In this document: positions 11,662-22,724 of the stretch, piece by piece | How the letters are laid out: each line of letters starts with the position of its first letter | How positions within the stretch are numbered: the stretch's first letter is position 1 | NCBI RefSeq assembly: GCF_006345805.1 | Contig: NW_021833530.1 | Coordinates: 1 to 28,253, forward strand | Origin: Octopus sinensis | Lineage: Eukaryota | Direction of reading: 5' to 3' | DNA length: 28,253 nt | Notes under the pieces: model-generated | Told to the model about the DNA's origin: nothing | The model's database searches: none | Seen by the model: only the letters and a program-made list of their open reading frames with translations | Position numbers and translations under genes: made by a program

Positions 11662-12237
11662 ATGAGACAAAAATACTTCAATATCTACTCCTTATTTTGT
11701 AATAATTTTCACAGATTTCTCTGTTTATTTGATTTTGTAACAAATTTTTGAAATTGTAAAGAAACTTTATGGACACCCTGTATGTATATATGTGTAGGCG
11801 TAGTAGACCGGAAGAATCCGGGTTTGATTCTCCTGCGCGTTATCTTGGACAAATATCGCTTTCTTTAACCTGTGAATGTTCGTGGCTGGAGTACCATTGA
11901 TCTTAGTTTTACTCGGTCAGATCTGACCTGGGGCTAAACAACAACAACAACAGCAGCAGCAGCTACAATAACAACATCGGAAATAATTCCAATAATAGTA
12001 AAATATAATATGAAGAAACCAGCCATAGCAAATGCAATTCTAACAGCAAATGCCACCGTTGCAGGCCATGCAATCGAGTTTGATCAAATGCGTGATTTTT
12101 CCAAGCAATGAAGCTAGAAAGTGCAGTGGATAGAGGAGCGTTTGCCATGGAGCTCCTACTTGTAAGCAGAGTGACTCGGTATCTGTAAGGTTTCTTTGCC
12201 ATCCCTGTGTGGCGTTTCCAAACACTATCATTGGAGG

Positions 12238-12642
12238 CTATCATATCAAGATAAACAGCGCATGGTCTTGCAAGTGGGGTCCTGTTAGAATTTTCTTCTG
12301 GTCAAGCAGAAAAGTACCTGAATAAGGGTTGTTTAAGGATGTTGAACGAAATACCCATGTTTCCAAAGGTGAATTATTCAAACTCCAAAGAACTCCTCTC
12401 AACACATGGCTATGATACTCCCCAATTACTTCTGCTCGTGATCAGAGGTGCACATATCGTCAGCCACTGAGGGACATGCTCAACTAGTTAAGGTCAAACA
12501 ACTGACAAGCAAATCTGTGGTATTGAACACAATATTTACTGTAGCCTATGTTTTATACAAAAACAATGTACATGATAACACTTCCAATCAGTTAAAATGA
12601 GAAGCCATGAGAGTCAGCGCCTGATACTGCATCAGGGCATTT
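12238..12642. mobile_element. Partial copy of the unclassified ~554-bp repeat (full copy at 23232-23785)
   Basis: TCATATCAAGATAAACAGC...CATGGCTATGAT...TACTGCATCAGGGCATTT aligns with 23368-23785 and is followed by (ATT)n. Confidence 0.85.
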
Positions 12643-13184
12643 AATATTATTATTATTATTGTTGTTGTTGTTGATGCTGTTCAGGTTGTTATTATTATTA
12701 AACACGCAAGTGTGTAACTGTTATTGAATAATTTGAAATAACAATGTGAAAACTATTGTCAGGACATCAGAACTTATCTAAGGTAAATAGCAACAAAGAA
12801 AATGAGGAGTTGAAAGTAAAACAGGAAAAAATAATAAAATTGTAATGTTATGATATATCAATAAAATAATTTTGAGAAAATAACAACAACAAAACTGGAT
12901 AAAAAGCTCGGCCATGATGGAACATTATAAAATTATGTGAACAGATAATTGTTGACTTCTGAAATAACGAATAAAAATTGATGCAACAGCCGATGTCGCG
13001 ACATATGAATCGATTTTAGGTCAGGATAATTAAATAATATCAAAGGGAATTGAAAACATATCAAAAGAGATAAGTTAAGCGACTGTCACAGCAATACTTA
13101 GCAATAAAAATTGATAACTTTGATTGGGTGGACACACAAGTAAATTATATGTACACAAAACCTTCTGTAAAAGCCGTTTCACCA

Positions 13185-13192
13185 CCACCACC

Positions 13193-13261
<69 letters not shown>

Positions 13262-13290
13262 ACTATTATTATTATTATTATCATTATTAT
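13185..13290. repeat. Compound (CAC)n-(TAC)n-(TAT)n microsatellite
   Basis: Direct reading. Confidence 0.9.
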
Positions 13291-13330
13291 ATAATCCATA
13301 CATATGTAACCTAGCCACAATATGTTACTA

Positions 13331-13535
13331 TTGGCAGAATCGTTAGCACACTGAAAGAAATGTTTAGCTGTATTTCGCCCGTCGCTACGTTCTGAGTTCA
13401 AATTCCGCCGAGGTCGACTTTGCTGTTCATCTTTTTGCGATCGATAAAATAACGTAGCACTTGGACACTGGGGTCGATATAATCGACTCATCCCCTCCTC
13501 TCACAAGCTGCTCTTGTGGCAAAAATTTGAAATAA
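13331..13535 (+). mobile_element. SINE family A with ATT tail
   Basis: TGGCAGAATCGTTAGC...TTCTGAGTTCAAATTCCGCCGAGGTCGACTTTGC...CTTGTGGCAAAAATTTGAAA. Confidence 0.85.
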
Positions 13536-13558
13536 CTACTACTATTATTATTATTATT

Positions 13559-13705
13559 CTATGTTTGACTTTTGCTTTATATTTGTACAAGTTGGCTCCA
13601 AGTCTCACCCAGGGACCTCAAGAGACAACAGGTTGGAAGTTCATGTTGTTGTTATGCCTAGTGTGCCATATATTTGGGGGGGGGGGTACTAATGAATGTC
13701 TAAAA
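13559..13705 (-). mobile_element. R4/Dong-like LINE, 3' UTR-only insertion
   Basis: About 10 differences in 115 nt (by eye) from the 3' end of the 13855-14321 copy; it abuts (ATT)n. Confidence 0.8.
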
Positions 13706-13744
13706 AAAAGGTTTTTTGTTTTTTTTTTAATTATTATTTTTTAA

Positions 13745-13853
<109 letters not shown>

Positions 13854-13854
13854 T

Positions 13855-14321
13855 TATGTTTGACTTTTGCTTTACATTTGTACAAGTTGGCTCCGAGTCT
13901 CACCCAGAGCCTTCAAGAGACAACAAGTTGGAAATTCATGTTGGTGTTATGCCAAGGGTGCCATATATTTGGTTTTGTACATAGTGTTGTTCTAGAGAAT
14001 GTTTAAGGAATCATAAGAAAATTATGTTTGTTTTAAAACTTGAGATTACATAGAAAGTATTTTGCGTGGGATGTGGGCAGTTCCCATGAGTACTATCTTT
14101 TGAATTTCTGGGTTTCCTGGCATCTGAGCTAGGTAGCAATCAGACCCCTTTGCTATCATTCCCAGGGCACCTATGACAACATGTTTTGTTTTAGTCTTCA
14201 GGTTCCACATTTTGCTAATTTCTATTTCAAGATTTTTATATTTGCTCATTTTTTGGTAGGTCTTGACAGATACGTATATATCGATTGGGACAGTCATATC
14301 AATGAGGAGGCATGATTTTTT
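13855..14321 (-). mobile_element. 5'-truncated R4/Dong-like non-LTR retrotransposon (RLE C-terminus plus 3' UTR) flanked on both sides by (TAA)n
   Basis: Translation KSCLLIDMTVPID...KMSKYKNLEIEISKMWNLKT...VVIGALGMI...LMGTAHIPRKILSM* is a PD-(D/E)xK restriction-like endonuclease C-terminus. Confidence 0.85.
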
Positions 14322-14342
14322 ATTATTATTATTATTATTATA

Positions 14343-14382
<40 letters not shown>

Positions 14383-14420
14383 AATCCATACATATGTAAC
14401 CTAGCCACAATATGTTACTA

Positions 14421-14620
14421 TTGACCGAATGGTTAGTTGGCTGGGTAAAATGCTTAACAATATTTCGTTCATCTTTATGTTCTGAGTTCAAATTTCGCCG
14501 AAGCATTTCATCCTCTAGAAGTCGATAAAATAAGTACCAGTAACGCACTGGGGTCGATGTAATCAACTTATGCCCCTCGCTCAAAATTTCAGGCCTTGTG
14601 CCTTTAGTAGGAAGGATTAC
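14421..14620 (+). mobile_element. Diverged SINE family A (different tail subfamily)
   Basis: TTCTGAGTTCAAATTTCGCCGA...AAATTTCAGGCCTTGTGCCTTTAGTAGGAAGGATT. Confidence 0.8.
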
Positions 14621-14629
14621 TAGTTTTAT

Positions 14630-15440
14630 TATTTTCATTACCATCTTCTTTCACTTGTTTCCATTTCTTACTGAGTGTCTTACTGACACCTAGGGCAGAG
14701 AAACGCACTGTATACATTGGTAGACCATTAGAAGAAACACACCAGATTGTTCATTTACAAAGTCATGATATAAAGAAAAAGGGGAAGAAAGATAAAAAGG
14801 AAAAGGAAAACATTAAAAAATAATAATGATAAACAAAGAAAATAAAGGGGGGAAAAGAAGGAAAATTCATAATCACAATGCTCTTTTTAGTATTGTGACA
14901 TACCATTTAAGACAAATCTTTGTATTTCCTACATAGATGGTAAGCCAGGGGTCATTCTTAAACAATTTTTAGTTCCTCTTTTGATCATTCCAAATGCTCT
15001 TACAGTTACTGGTATTGTAACCGTCTTGAGATGCCACATCTTTTCGATTTCGATTAGCAGATCTTTATATTTTCTGAGCTTATCAAATTCTTTTGCTGAG
15101 ATATTATGGTCACAGGGTATGCTCATGTCAATCAATAAACATATTTTATTTGTTTTAGTCTTTCACAACAATATCTGGTTTATTTGCTTTGATAGTCCGG
15201 TCTGTACATACTTGAAAGTCCAAAAGAATTGTTACATTTTCACTCTCAGTTACAGCCTAAGGGTGGTGCTTGTACCATTTGTCAGCAGTTTTGATTTTAT
15301 TATACCGAAACAGTATCCAATGTAGATATTGGTCAATTCTGTTATGTCTTGATTCGTACTGCTAAAACCTTACACCCACAGATTAGGTGGTCCTCTGTTT
15401 CCATCCCATCATTGCAGTATCGGCACTTTTATTCAGCAGT
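14630..15440 (-). mobile_element. R4/Dong-like LINE fragment (CCHC knuckle, RLE, probable 3' UTR), decayed
   Basis: Translation gives KCRYCNDGMETEDHLICGC (CCHC) then ILLDFQVCTDRTIKANKPDIVVKD...LIDMSIPCDHNISAKEFDKLRKYKDLLIEIEKMWHLKT. The assignment of 14630-14880 as 3' UTR is an inference. Confidence 0.85.
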
Positions 15441-16237
15441 CTTATTTTTATCACCTGCTTTCACTGCACTCCTGAGCACAATTCTGTGTGCCTTGGGTAT
15501 GTGCTGTGGTTTGTTGTGATGCTCTTATTTCCACTGTATTGAAAGTGTTTTACGTAGGATGTGTGCGGTGCCCAGTAGTGCTATTTTCTGTATGTTATCT
15601 ATACATTCGTAAGTCCTGGTGTTATTGTGATGTATTTGTCTGAAACTTTTTTATCATACCTAATACGCATACTATAATAGGAATTGTTTCTGTTTTTAGG
15701 TTCCACATTCGAGTTACCTCTACTTCCAGATCTTGGTAGTTTGAGAGTTTCTCCGTTTCTTTTACAGGAGCGTTTACAGGAACGTTGTCATCTGTTGTTA
15801 TTGGTACGTCGATTACAAGACATTTTTTCTTGGGGATCTCTAACAACTAAATCCGGCCTATTGGCCTCGATTTCTCTGTCCGTGTGTATTGGCATATCCC
15901 ATAGTATGATTGCTTTCTCATTTTCTGTGACCTTTTCCATAGTGTTGGCATAGCTTCCAGTGTATATAGGTCCCAACTCTGTCGTGTCTGTGAATATATT
16001 CCTTCTTAGCCAGGATTGGATAGCCAGAGACAATATGGTTTATTGTTTCTTCTCCATCACCACATATTCTGCAGTATTTCTTTTCATTGCACGGTTTTGG
16101 TGATTTCTGGTGCGAAGGTTTTGATCTTGAGCTGCAATTAGAGATCTTTCAGTATCTACTTTGAGTCCTGAGCTTCTCAGCTATTGACGAGATTTTAAAC
16201 TGTTTATTTCTTTTCTGTTTAACTCAACCCAATATTT
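15441..16237 (-). mobile_element. R4/Dong-like LINE fragment (post-RT region, CCHC, RLE, 3' UTR), decayed
   Basis: Translation gives KYWVELNRKEIN...LRSSGLK...LIAAQDQNLRTRNH, then CRICGDGEETINHIVSG in another frame, then ILWDMPIHTDREIEANRPDLVVRD...KLSNYQDLEVEVTRMWNLKTETIPII. Confidence 0.88.
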
Positions 16238-16255
16238 GGGTTGAGTTAAACAGAA
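16213..16255. other. Perfect 20-bp inverted repeat with a 3-nt loop at the LINE 5' junction
   Basis: TTCTGTTTAACTCAACCCAA-TAT-TTGGGTTGAGTTAAACAGAA. Confidence 0.95.
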
Positions 16256-16552
16256 TATAACCACGAGGCGACCAAATCCTTGAGTAGATTTGGTAGACGG
16301 AAGCTGAAAGATGCCCATCGTATATATATATATTATGTGTCTGTGTGCGTGTATGTGAGTGTGTGTACAAATGTGTGTATTTGACCCCCACCTCCTCACT
16401 GCTTGGCAACCGGTGTTGGTTTGTTTACGTCCCTGTAATTCAGCGGTTAGGCAAAAAACACACACACACACACACACACACACCGGCAGGAAAACTACCA
16501 GGCTTAAGAAAGTAAGTACTGGGATCAATTCATTCGATTAAGATTCTTCAAG
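16256..16552 (+). mobile_element. SINE family C lacking its 5' half
   Basis: CGACCAAATCCTT...GATTTGGTAGACGGAAGCTGAAAGA...GGCAACCGGTGTTGGT...AAGTACTGGGATCAATTCATTCG. Confidence 0.8.
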
Positions 16553-16689
16553 TATAATAACAACAGCGCACGAAAAAGCGGAACCGTTGCGACAAGGCTG
16601 TTATTTGGTAACTTAACCTAAGCTGTGTGTAACAGCCGAACGTTGTCTAAACAAACCCTCGTTAAGCCAAAAACAGCTTTTCGGTCTTT

Positions 16690-16880
16690 GTGATAACGAC
16701 TATGATAAGCTCTTGTTCTTTTCTATGCTCATTAAGATAAGGACGGCAGGAACTTGTAAAGAAAGTTTTTAATTACTAGTCGCTCGACTATTTCAGTGTA
16801 ACAACGAAATTCTATGTAAACAATCTTCTCGGTTCTCTTCTATAAATATTATTCTGCTTGTCGCATTGTGTGTTCAAGTG
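16690..16880 (+). promoter_or_regulatory. Possible Pol II promoter-like motif cluster
   Basis: GATA-like TGATAAC, TGATAAG and AGATAAG; Fox-like TGTAAACAA at ~16815; TATAAATA at 16841; Inr-like GCATTG ~22 nt downstream. This is motif evidence only, in non-repeat sequence. Confidence 0.25.
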
Positions 16881-16909
16881 TTACGCTTTTATTTCCAAGG
16901 ACAAACTTA

Positions 16910-17022
16910 ATTAACTATGGAAGGATATCGAAGACAATCAAAATATAACATAATGTAACATAGCCGTAGTTAACTATGGAACGTTATCGAAGACATAATC
17001 TTAAACTAACACAACGTAACAT
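16910..17022 (+). repeat. Imperfect 59-bp-period tandem duplication
   Basis: TTAACTATGGAAGGATATCGAAGACA...GTAACAT and TTAACTATGGAACGTTATCGAAGACA...GTAACAT. Confidence 0.85.
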
Positions 17023-17986
17023 GTTTGAGTGTTGCACTTTAAACAATCTTGATCGAAATAATGGTGTATGTCATTGGGTGAATTTAGTTGATTAGTGAAT
17101 CTGAGTGCGGAATGACCGCTAAAATATTATTGCTGCTGTCTTTTTAAAAATTTTATTTTAGACAAGACAGAAGACAGTACCCTTGACCATTCACAGGGTC
17201 TTTGTAATTATTAAGAAGGTATGGGGAAATTATCTTCAAACTTGAGAACAATGGCACCAAGTAGTGTTGTTAAACCGGGCGACAGTATATCTATCAACAA
17301 AATTGGCCACAGTAGGATTTGATCAAATTCCGCAAGGTATCGTATTCAACATTCTCACAGTTAGCGCATTTTACGGTTCCAGAGTGGTGCTGATATATAT
17401 ATATAGGTTCAGTTGAATATGGTACTTAAGTTAAAGGCACCAGAATTTAGTATGGTATTATCCATATAATTCAATATATATATATATATTATCCATATAA
17501 TTATATATATATATATAGAAGAGATTATGTCTATAGTAAATATAGACGCTAAATCGTCAAATCACTTCAAATTATCACTTTTTTGTAGTACACACGTGTT
17601 GAAATCGAAGGAGTAGGCGTACAGAAATTCATAAAATAATAGAACAGTTAGCCTTAGATTGATCAATTTTTGGATTGCTCTAATGACTTTTCCTCATCAG
17701 CAAAGTATACCCAGATTTAGCGTCTATTTTCAGCATAGGGATGTCTCTTCTATGCCCTTACTTATAATGGCATTTCATACTATTATAAATCTCTATATAT
17801 AAATTCACCTTAATAGGTCTTTTTATATGCTGGCCACTGATAAAATCTTTAACGATTTTATCCTTTATTATTATATGTGTGTGTCTGTAATATATATATA
17901 GAGAGAGAGTGGGAGGGAAAGAGAGAGAACGAGAGAAAGGATGGATGAAAGGCGAAGTTGACGTTATTATTACCATATTCAAGAAG

Positions 17987-18478
<492 letters not shown>

Positions 18479-18611
18479 TTGACGCCGCTGCTACAATAAC
18501 ACAAGGTTGTCTCCCTTGTACACGTGGAAGATGGGAGATGACAACGAACGCGCTATGTTGAAACAATCGTAAGAGGAACTAATTCTCTGAATACAGACAG
18601 TATACTATGAA

Positions 18612-18827
18612 TCTTTTCTTATCTAGGCACAAGGCTCGAAATTTTGGGGGGAAGGGGCCAGTCGATTATATCGACTCCAGCACGCAACTGGTACTTAATT
18701 TATCGACCCCGAAATGATGAAAGGCAAAATCAACCTCGGCGGAATTTGAACTCAGAACATAAAGACAGACGAAATATCGCTAAGCATCTCGCCCGGTGTG
18801 CTAACGCTTCTGCCAGCTCGCCGCCTT
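18612..18827 (-). mobile_element. SINE family A
   Basis: Reverse complement starts AAGGCGGCGAGCTGGCAGAAGCGTTAGCACACCGGGCGAG. Confidence 0.9.
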
Positions 18828-18919
18828 ACACAGTGTACTATGAATGCTTACTACATACATACATACGCACACACTCTCATATATACATGCACTCACACAT
18901 ATATGCATACTTACACCAC

Positions 18920-19231
18920 GTGATTGTGGTCGACCAGGCTATCCGATGCTATTATACATCGCTGGTCACTATGCACTTTGCATCGTTTCAGCTTTCGAAC
19001 AATTTCACCCCGCTTGCTAGGCAAGCAGGCCAACATTCCCCCCTAATCCATAGGCTAATCCTTCACAGGGTTATCACTGGTGTCAGGGTTAACCATTTAC
19101 AACTGAGTGGGATGGAACAACGTGAAACGAAGTGTTTTGCTCAAAAGCAGAACATGTTGCTCGGTGTGCGAATCGAAAGAACGATCGCTAGACCATGAAC
19201 GCAACACCTTAACCACTGGACCACGCACCTT
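18920..19231 (-). mobile_element. tRNA-derived SINE family D with a CORE-like central domain
   Basis: Reverse complement GGTGCGTGGTCCAGTGGTTAAGG...TTCGATTCG...TTGAGCAAAACACTTCGTTTCACGTTGTTCCATCCCACTCAGTTGTAAATGG. The CORE similarity is judged by eye. Confidence 0.65.
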
Positions 19232-19481
19232 CACACATTCACACACAAATATATATATACTGACTCTGTACATATAACATCGGATGTGTCTTTAAATATC
19301 TCCTGCCCTGAACAATCACTCTTATTGATGTTGATGAGTATTAACAAGATTTCTTATTTATTATCATCGAATCAAATCAAGATCTGTTCTAATTTATTTA
19401 TCAGAATTATTTCTTTATTGATTTTTTTCCTCTTTCTTTTTCTAATTCATTTTATCAGGAAGAACCGTTTTCATTTTCAAT

Positions 19482-19872
19482 ATGGATAAATGGTTATAGA
19501 AAGAACAAACAGCAATTAACGTTCAGCCTATTTCAAGCAAAGATATCACTAATAAAAGATTAAACGTTGTAAAAGAACTGTGGAAATAAAAACAAAATGG
19601 AAACTATGAGGATCCGTAGACATTGCAATGAATATTTAGAAGTTTGGCTTCATTGCCGTCAGTGGTAATAATCGTTTAACGTTATTCGTTATTTGCTTTA
19701 CGGAATTATCACTCGAGTGCATGAAACCATCAAATATGAAACGGCATTTAGATAACCAATATCCGGAATACTTAAAGAAACCAATAGATTTTTTTTTCAT
19801 AAATAAGAAGAAAATATGTTCTGCTAAAAATAAACATGAAACGTATAGAGTCTTGCGAATCCATTTAATATA
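19482..19872 (+). pseudogene. Decayed hAT (Charlie/Buster-like) transposase N-terminus, BED-finger region
   Basis: Translation gives MDKWL* then, after a frameshift, KFGFIAVSG...VICFTELSLECMKPSNMKRHLDNQYPEYLKKPIDFF. This matches the FGF...CxIC...MKPSxLxRHLxTxHP...KPxxFF pattern. It is preceded by a polypyrimidine-CAG acceptor. Confidence 0.7.
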
Positions 19873-19981
19873 AACTTGGTTTTTAGCGTGTAGTTTTTGG
19901 AACCTGATTAGCCGAGAGCGAGTATTTGTATTGTATTGTATGGTATTGGGGGGAAAGTTATTAGTTCCCAGGCGTGGCATA

Positions 19982-20155
19982 TAGACGCAGCAGGCGTGCC
20001 TATGTGGTTAGAAGTTTGCTTCCTAACCACATGGAACAGGGTTCAGTCCCACTGGGTGGCATCTTGGACAGGTGTGTTCTAATAATGTCTCGGACCGACC
20101 AAGGTCTTGTGAGGAGATTCGGTAGACGGAAAGTGAAAGAAGCCAGTCGTGTATG

Positions 20156-20191
<36 letters not shown>

Positions 20192-20206
20192 ATGTGTGTG
20201 TGTTTT

Positions 20207-20237
<31 letters not shown>

Positions 20238-20450
20238 ATGTGTGTGTGTGTGTATGTGTGTGTGTTTTTGTGTCTTAATGTCTGTGCTTGTCTTCTGCGT
20301 GACAACTGGTGTTGCCGTTCCCGTTAGATAGCGGTTCGGCAAAACAGACAGATAGAAGAAATATCAGGCTTAAATAAATAAGTACAACAGTCGACACCCC
20401 CAGCATGGTCGCAGTCCAATGACTGAAACAAGTAAAAAACAAAAGATACC
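19982..20450 (+). mobile_element. SINE family C, full length with internal (TG)n
   Basis: Head CAGGCGTGCCTATGTGGTTAG...GGGTTCAGTCCCACTG; tail CCAGCATGGTCGCAGTCCAATGACTGAAACAAGTAAAA. Confidence 0.85.
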
Positions 20451-20566
20451 AAGAGTTTGAGGAGCAAAGAGATGAACTTTTTTTTTAGTTCCAGTATCTC
20501 TATCCAGAATAATTAAACACAGAACTGAGGAAGCGCCAGGAAATATAGAAGAATCTTTTGTTTCCA

Positions 20567-20744
20567 AAGATTATCCTCCACCTTTCTCTTAACAAGGAGA
20601 AGTGTCCTGTCAGAGGGTCCTAGTTAACTCCTTGATCCCAAGGTTTTCAGCGATTTTACGCTGACTGTGTCCACCACCACAATGACCCACAATACGGCCT
20701 CTTTGAAATTCAGACAGTTTCAAAGCTTCTTTTGTGCATGGCGT
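20567..20744 (-). pseudogene. Tc1-family transposase N-terminal HTH fragment, internally deleted
   Basis: Translation gives (ACG)[36 protein letters not shown] then [17 protein letters not shown], resembling the Tc1 LSEFERGRIVG...SQRxIAxxLG motif. Confidence 0.75.
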
Positions 20745-20850
20745 GATTAAACATGGAACCTGAAACATAAAAATGTCAACTAAATAAAAATATAAAACCT
20801 TTACAAATTAAAATAAACATAAAATGATGTTGTGTTGTGTGTATGTGTAT

Positions 20851-20887
<37 letters not shown>

Positions 20888-20889
<2 letters not shown>

Positions 20890-21510
20890 GGCGTAGGCGT
20901 GGCTGTGTGGTAAGAAGCATGCTTCCCAACCACATGGTTCTGGGTTCAGTCCCATTGCCAAGCAACTTGGTTAAGTGTCTTCTACTTATAGCCTCTGGCC
21001 GACCAGAGCTTTATGAACGGATTTGGTAGATGGAAACTGAAAGAAGACCGTCGTATAAATATGTATATATCTGTGTGTTTGTCGTTGTGTCTGCGTTTGT
21101 CCCCACCATTGCCGCTTGACAACCGGTGTTGGTGTGTTTACGTCTCCGTAACTTTGCGGTTCGGCTAAAGAAACCGATAGATTGGGTAGTAGGCTTAAAG
21201 AAAATAAGTACCGGGGTCAATTTGTTCGATTGAAATGCTTCAAGGCGGTGCTCCAGCATGGCCGCAGTCAAATAACTGGCACAAGTAAACAATACACACA
21301 CATGCACACATGTATTTGTACGAGTCTTTCTGTCTCTGTCCCCTCCATCGCTGCTTGACAACCGGTGTCGGTGTGTTTACGTCCCATAACAGCCGTTCGG
21401 CAAAAGAGATTGATAGAATAAGTCCCAGGTTTTAAAAAAATTATGTCTTGGAGTCGATTCATTCAACTAAAAAATCTGCAGTCTTACGATTGAAACAAGT
21501 AAAAGATAAA
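20888..21510 (+). mobile_element. SINE family C full copy (20888-21295) plus a second 3' half (21325-21510)
   Basis: Head AGGCGTAGGCGTGGCTGTGTGGTAAG; the CGCTTGACAACCGGTG...TGAAACAAGTAAAAG segment is repeated. Confidence 0.85.
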
Positions 21511-21764
21511 AGATGTTTGATTTAGTGGAAGTCACAGATCACGGGTAATGTTAAATGGCTGCAATGAATTGTTCCAGAGAATCCGAGCAGCAACGTCAAG
21601 CTATGTCTAGGGGTATTATAGCTTTCACTGGCAATGTTTAGTTGAGAAGCATATACCCTTAATTTTAAACTCAGCTCTTCCAAATCTTTGAAAGAACACT
21701 GGGTGGCACAATTTATAATTAGTTATATCTGAGACTTGAGTTTTGCCTGTTTTGGGAGCACCTA

Positions 21765-21975
21765 ACACAAAAGTTGACTGGAACCTGCTTGACTGGAAAC
21801 CGCATAGGAAAAGGAAGTGAGGACACCCCGAAGCAGACATGGAAGCAGAGCATTTTGGACGAGCTCAGGACCACCGGCCTGGCATAGGAAGCAGCCAAGA
21901 AACACGCCAATGACCGCAAAATGTGGAAAACAACTGTTGAGAGCCTATGCTCCACAAGGGAAAAAAGGATTAAGA
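21765..21975 (+). mobile_element. RTE-clade LINE 3' end, decayed
   Basis: Translation LDWKPHRKRK*GHP / KQTWKQSILDELRTTGLA*EAAKKHANDRKMWKTTVESLCSTREK matches the RTE C-terminal W-P-GKRxRGRPxxTW...R..W...ALC motif. Confidence 0.8.
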
Positions 21976-22039
21976 AAGAAGAACACAAAAGTCACAGTGG
22001 TTTGTTTCTATCACGCCTATTTCATGCTCTAAGACTTTT

Positions 22040-22370
22040 ATCCATTTACAGGTATATAACAGTTTACTCAAAGTAGCCACACATGGAATTACAATCGAGG
22101 AAATTAGGAGGCCAGAAATTAGGGCTGATCATGTCGTAGAAATTTACCGACAATCACTTCTGATTTTTTTCCGGGGCTACGGCAAGGAGCCGAATCCTGC
22201 TGTCACACACATGACCCTCCATTATCAATAGTCGCCAGCTAGGGCTTAGCCACAGATTCCAGCATCTTCACATAACTATCTCAATTGAGCCTAAGGCCTT
22301 GTTCAAAGATGGTAGGGTGAAGTCAGCCATGATGTCGGCGTTCTAATACTCAGCACGAATCATCATTATA
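22040..22370 (-). pseudogene. maT (DD37D)-like transposase catalytic fragment
   Basis: Translation gives DIMA...FEQGLRLN*DSYVKMLESVAKP*...CV*QQDSAPC...NFYDMISPNFWPPNFLDCNSM. After correcting one extra A in a run, 37 residues follow the QQD aspartate up to the expected (lost) third D. Confidence 0.7.
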
Positions 22371-22724
22371 CAAGTAACCCTTTTCCGATACTCAGATGAC
22401 TTTCACTCCGCCATGCCCGCTATCTTTTTCTCAACTACAGCTTCAAACTTTATGCTCTCCAACGCCGTTGACTGATCATTAATATATCAAGCTGTTCTTG
22501 AAGAAAGAAAAAGGAGACATAAAAATCCTCAAATTTCGCCCGAACACCCTCTGTAACGTAATCATTGAAAAAGAAAACAAAGCAAAAAACAAAAATATTT
22601 ACAACGATACCAGCTAACACATGTCACAACGCTTTACAAACTATTGTTAGGTGGCAAAATGATTAGGTGGCATTTTTTCTGCTCCTTTACTTTCTGAGTT
22701 CAAACCTAGACCAATCTTCCCTTT

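Larger units (their letters stand above)
9850..11780 (+). mobile_element. Full-length decayed Tc1/mariner element of the DD41D (rosa/VS) family, with its left TIR interrupted by a SINE trimer
   Basis: TA at both ends (9848-49 and 11781-82). The right TIR reverse complement CAGGGTGTCCATAAAGTTTCTTTACAATTTCAAAAATTTGTTACAAAATCAA aligns with the left end once 9884-10469 is removed (about 9 mismatches in 52 nt, counted by eye). It contains a transposase pseudogene. Confidence 0.9.

Noticed and set aside
16213-16255. Hairpin as a pre-miRNA or as two abutting mariner TIR ends (CAACCCAA/TTGGGTTG)
   Set aside because: It is too short with a 3-nt loop for a pre-miRNA, and the left arm is in-frame LINE coding sequence, so the TIR resemblance is coincidental.
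17680-17700. Hammerhead ribozyme core CTGATGA on the minus strand followed by GGAAA
   Set aside because: There is no stem II between CUGAUGA and GAAA, and I could not form stems I and III.
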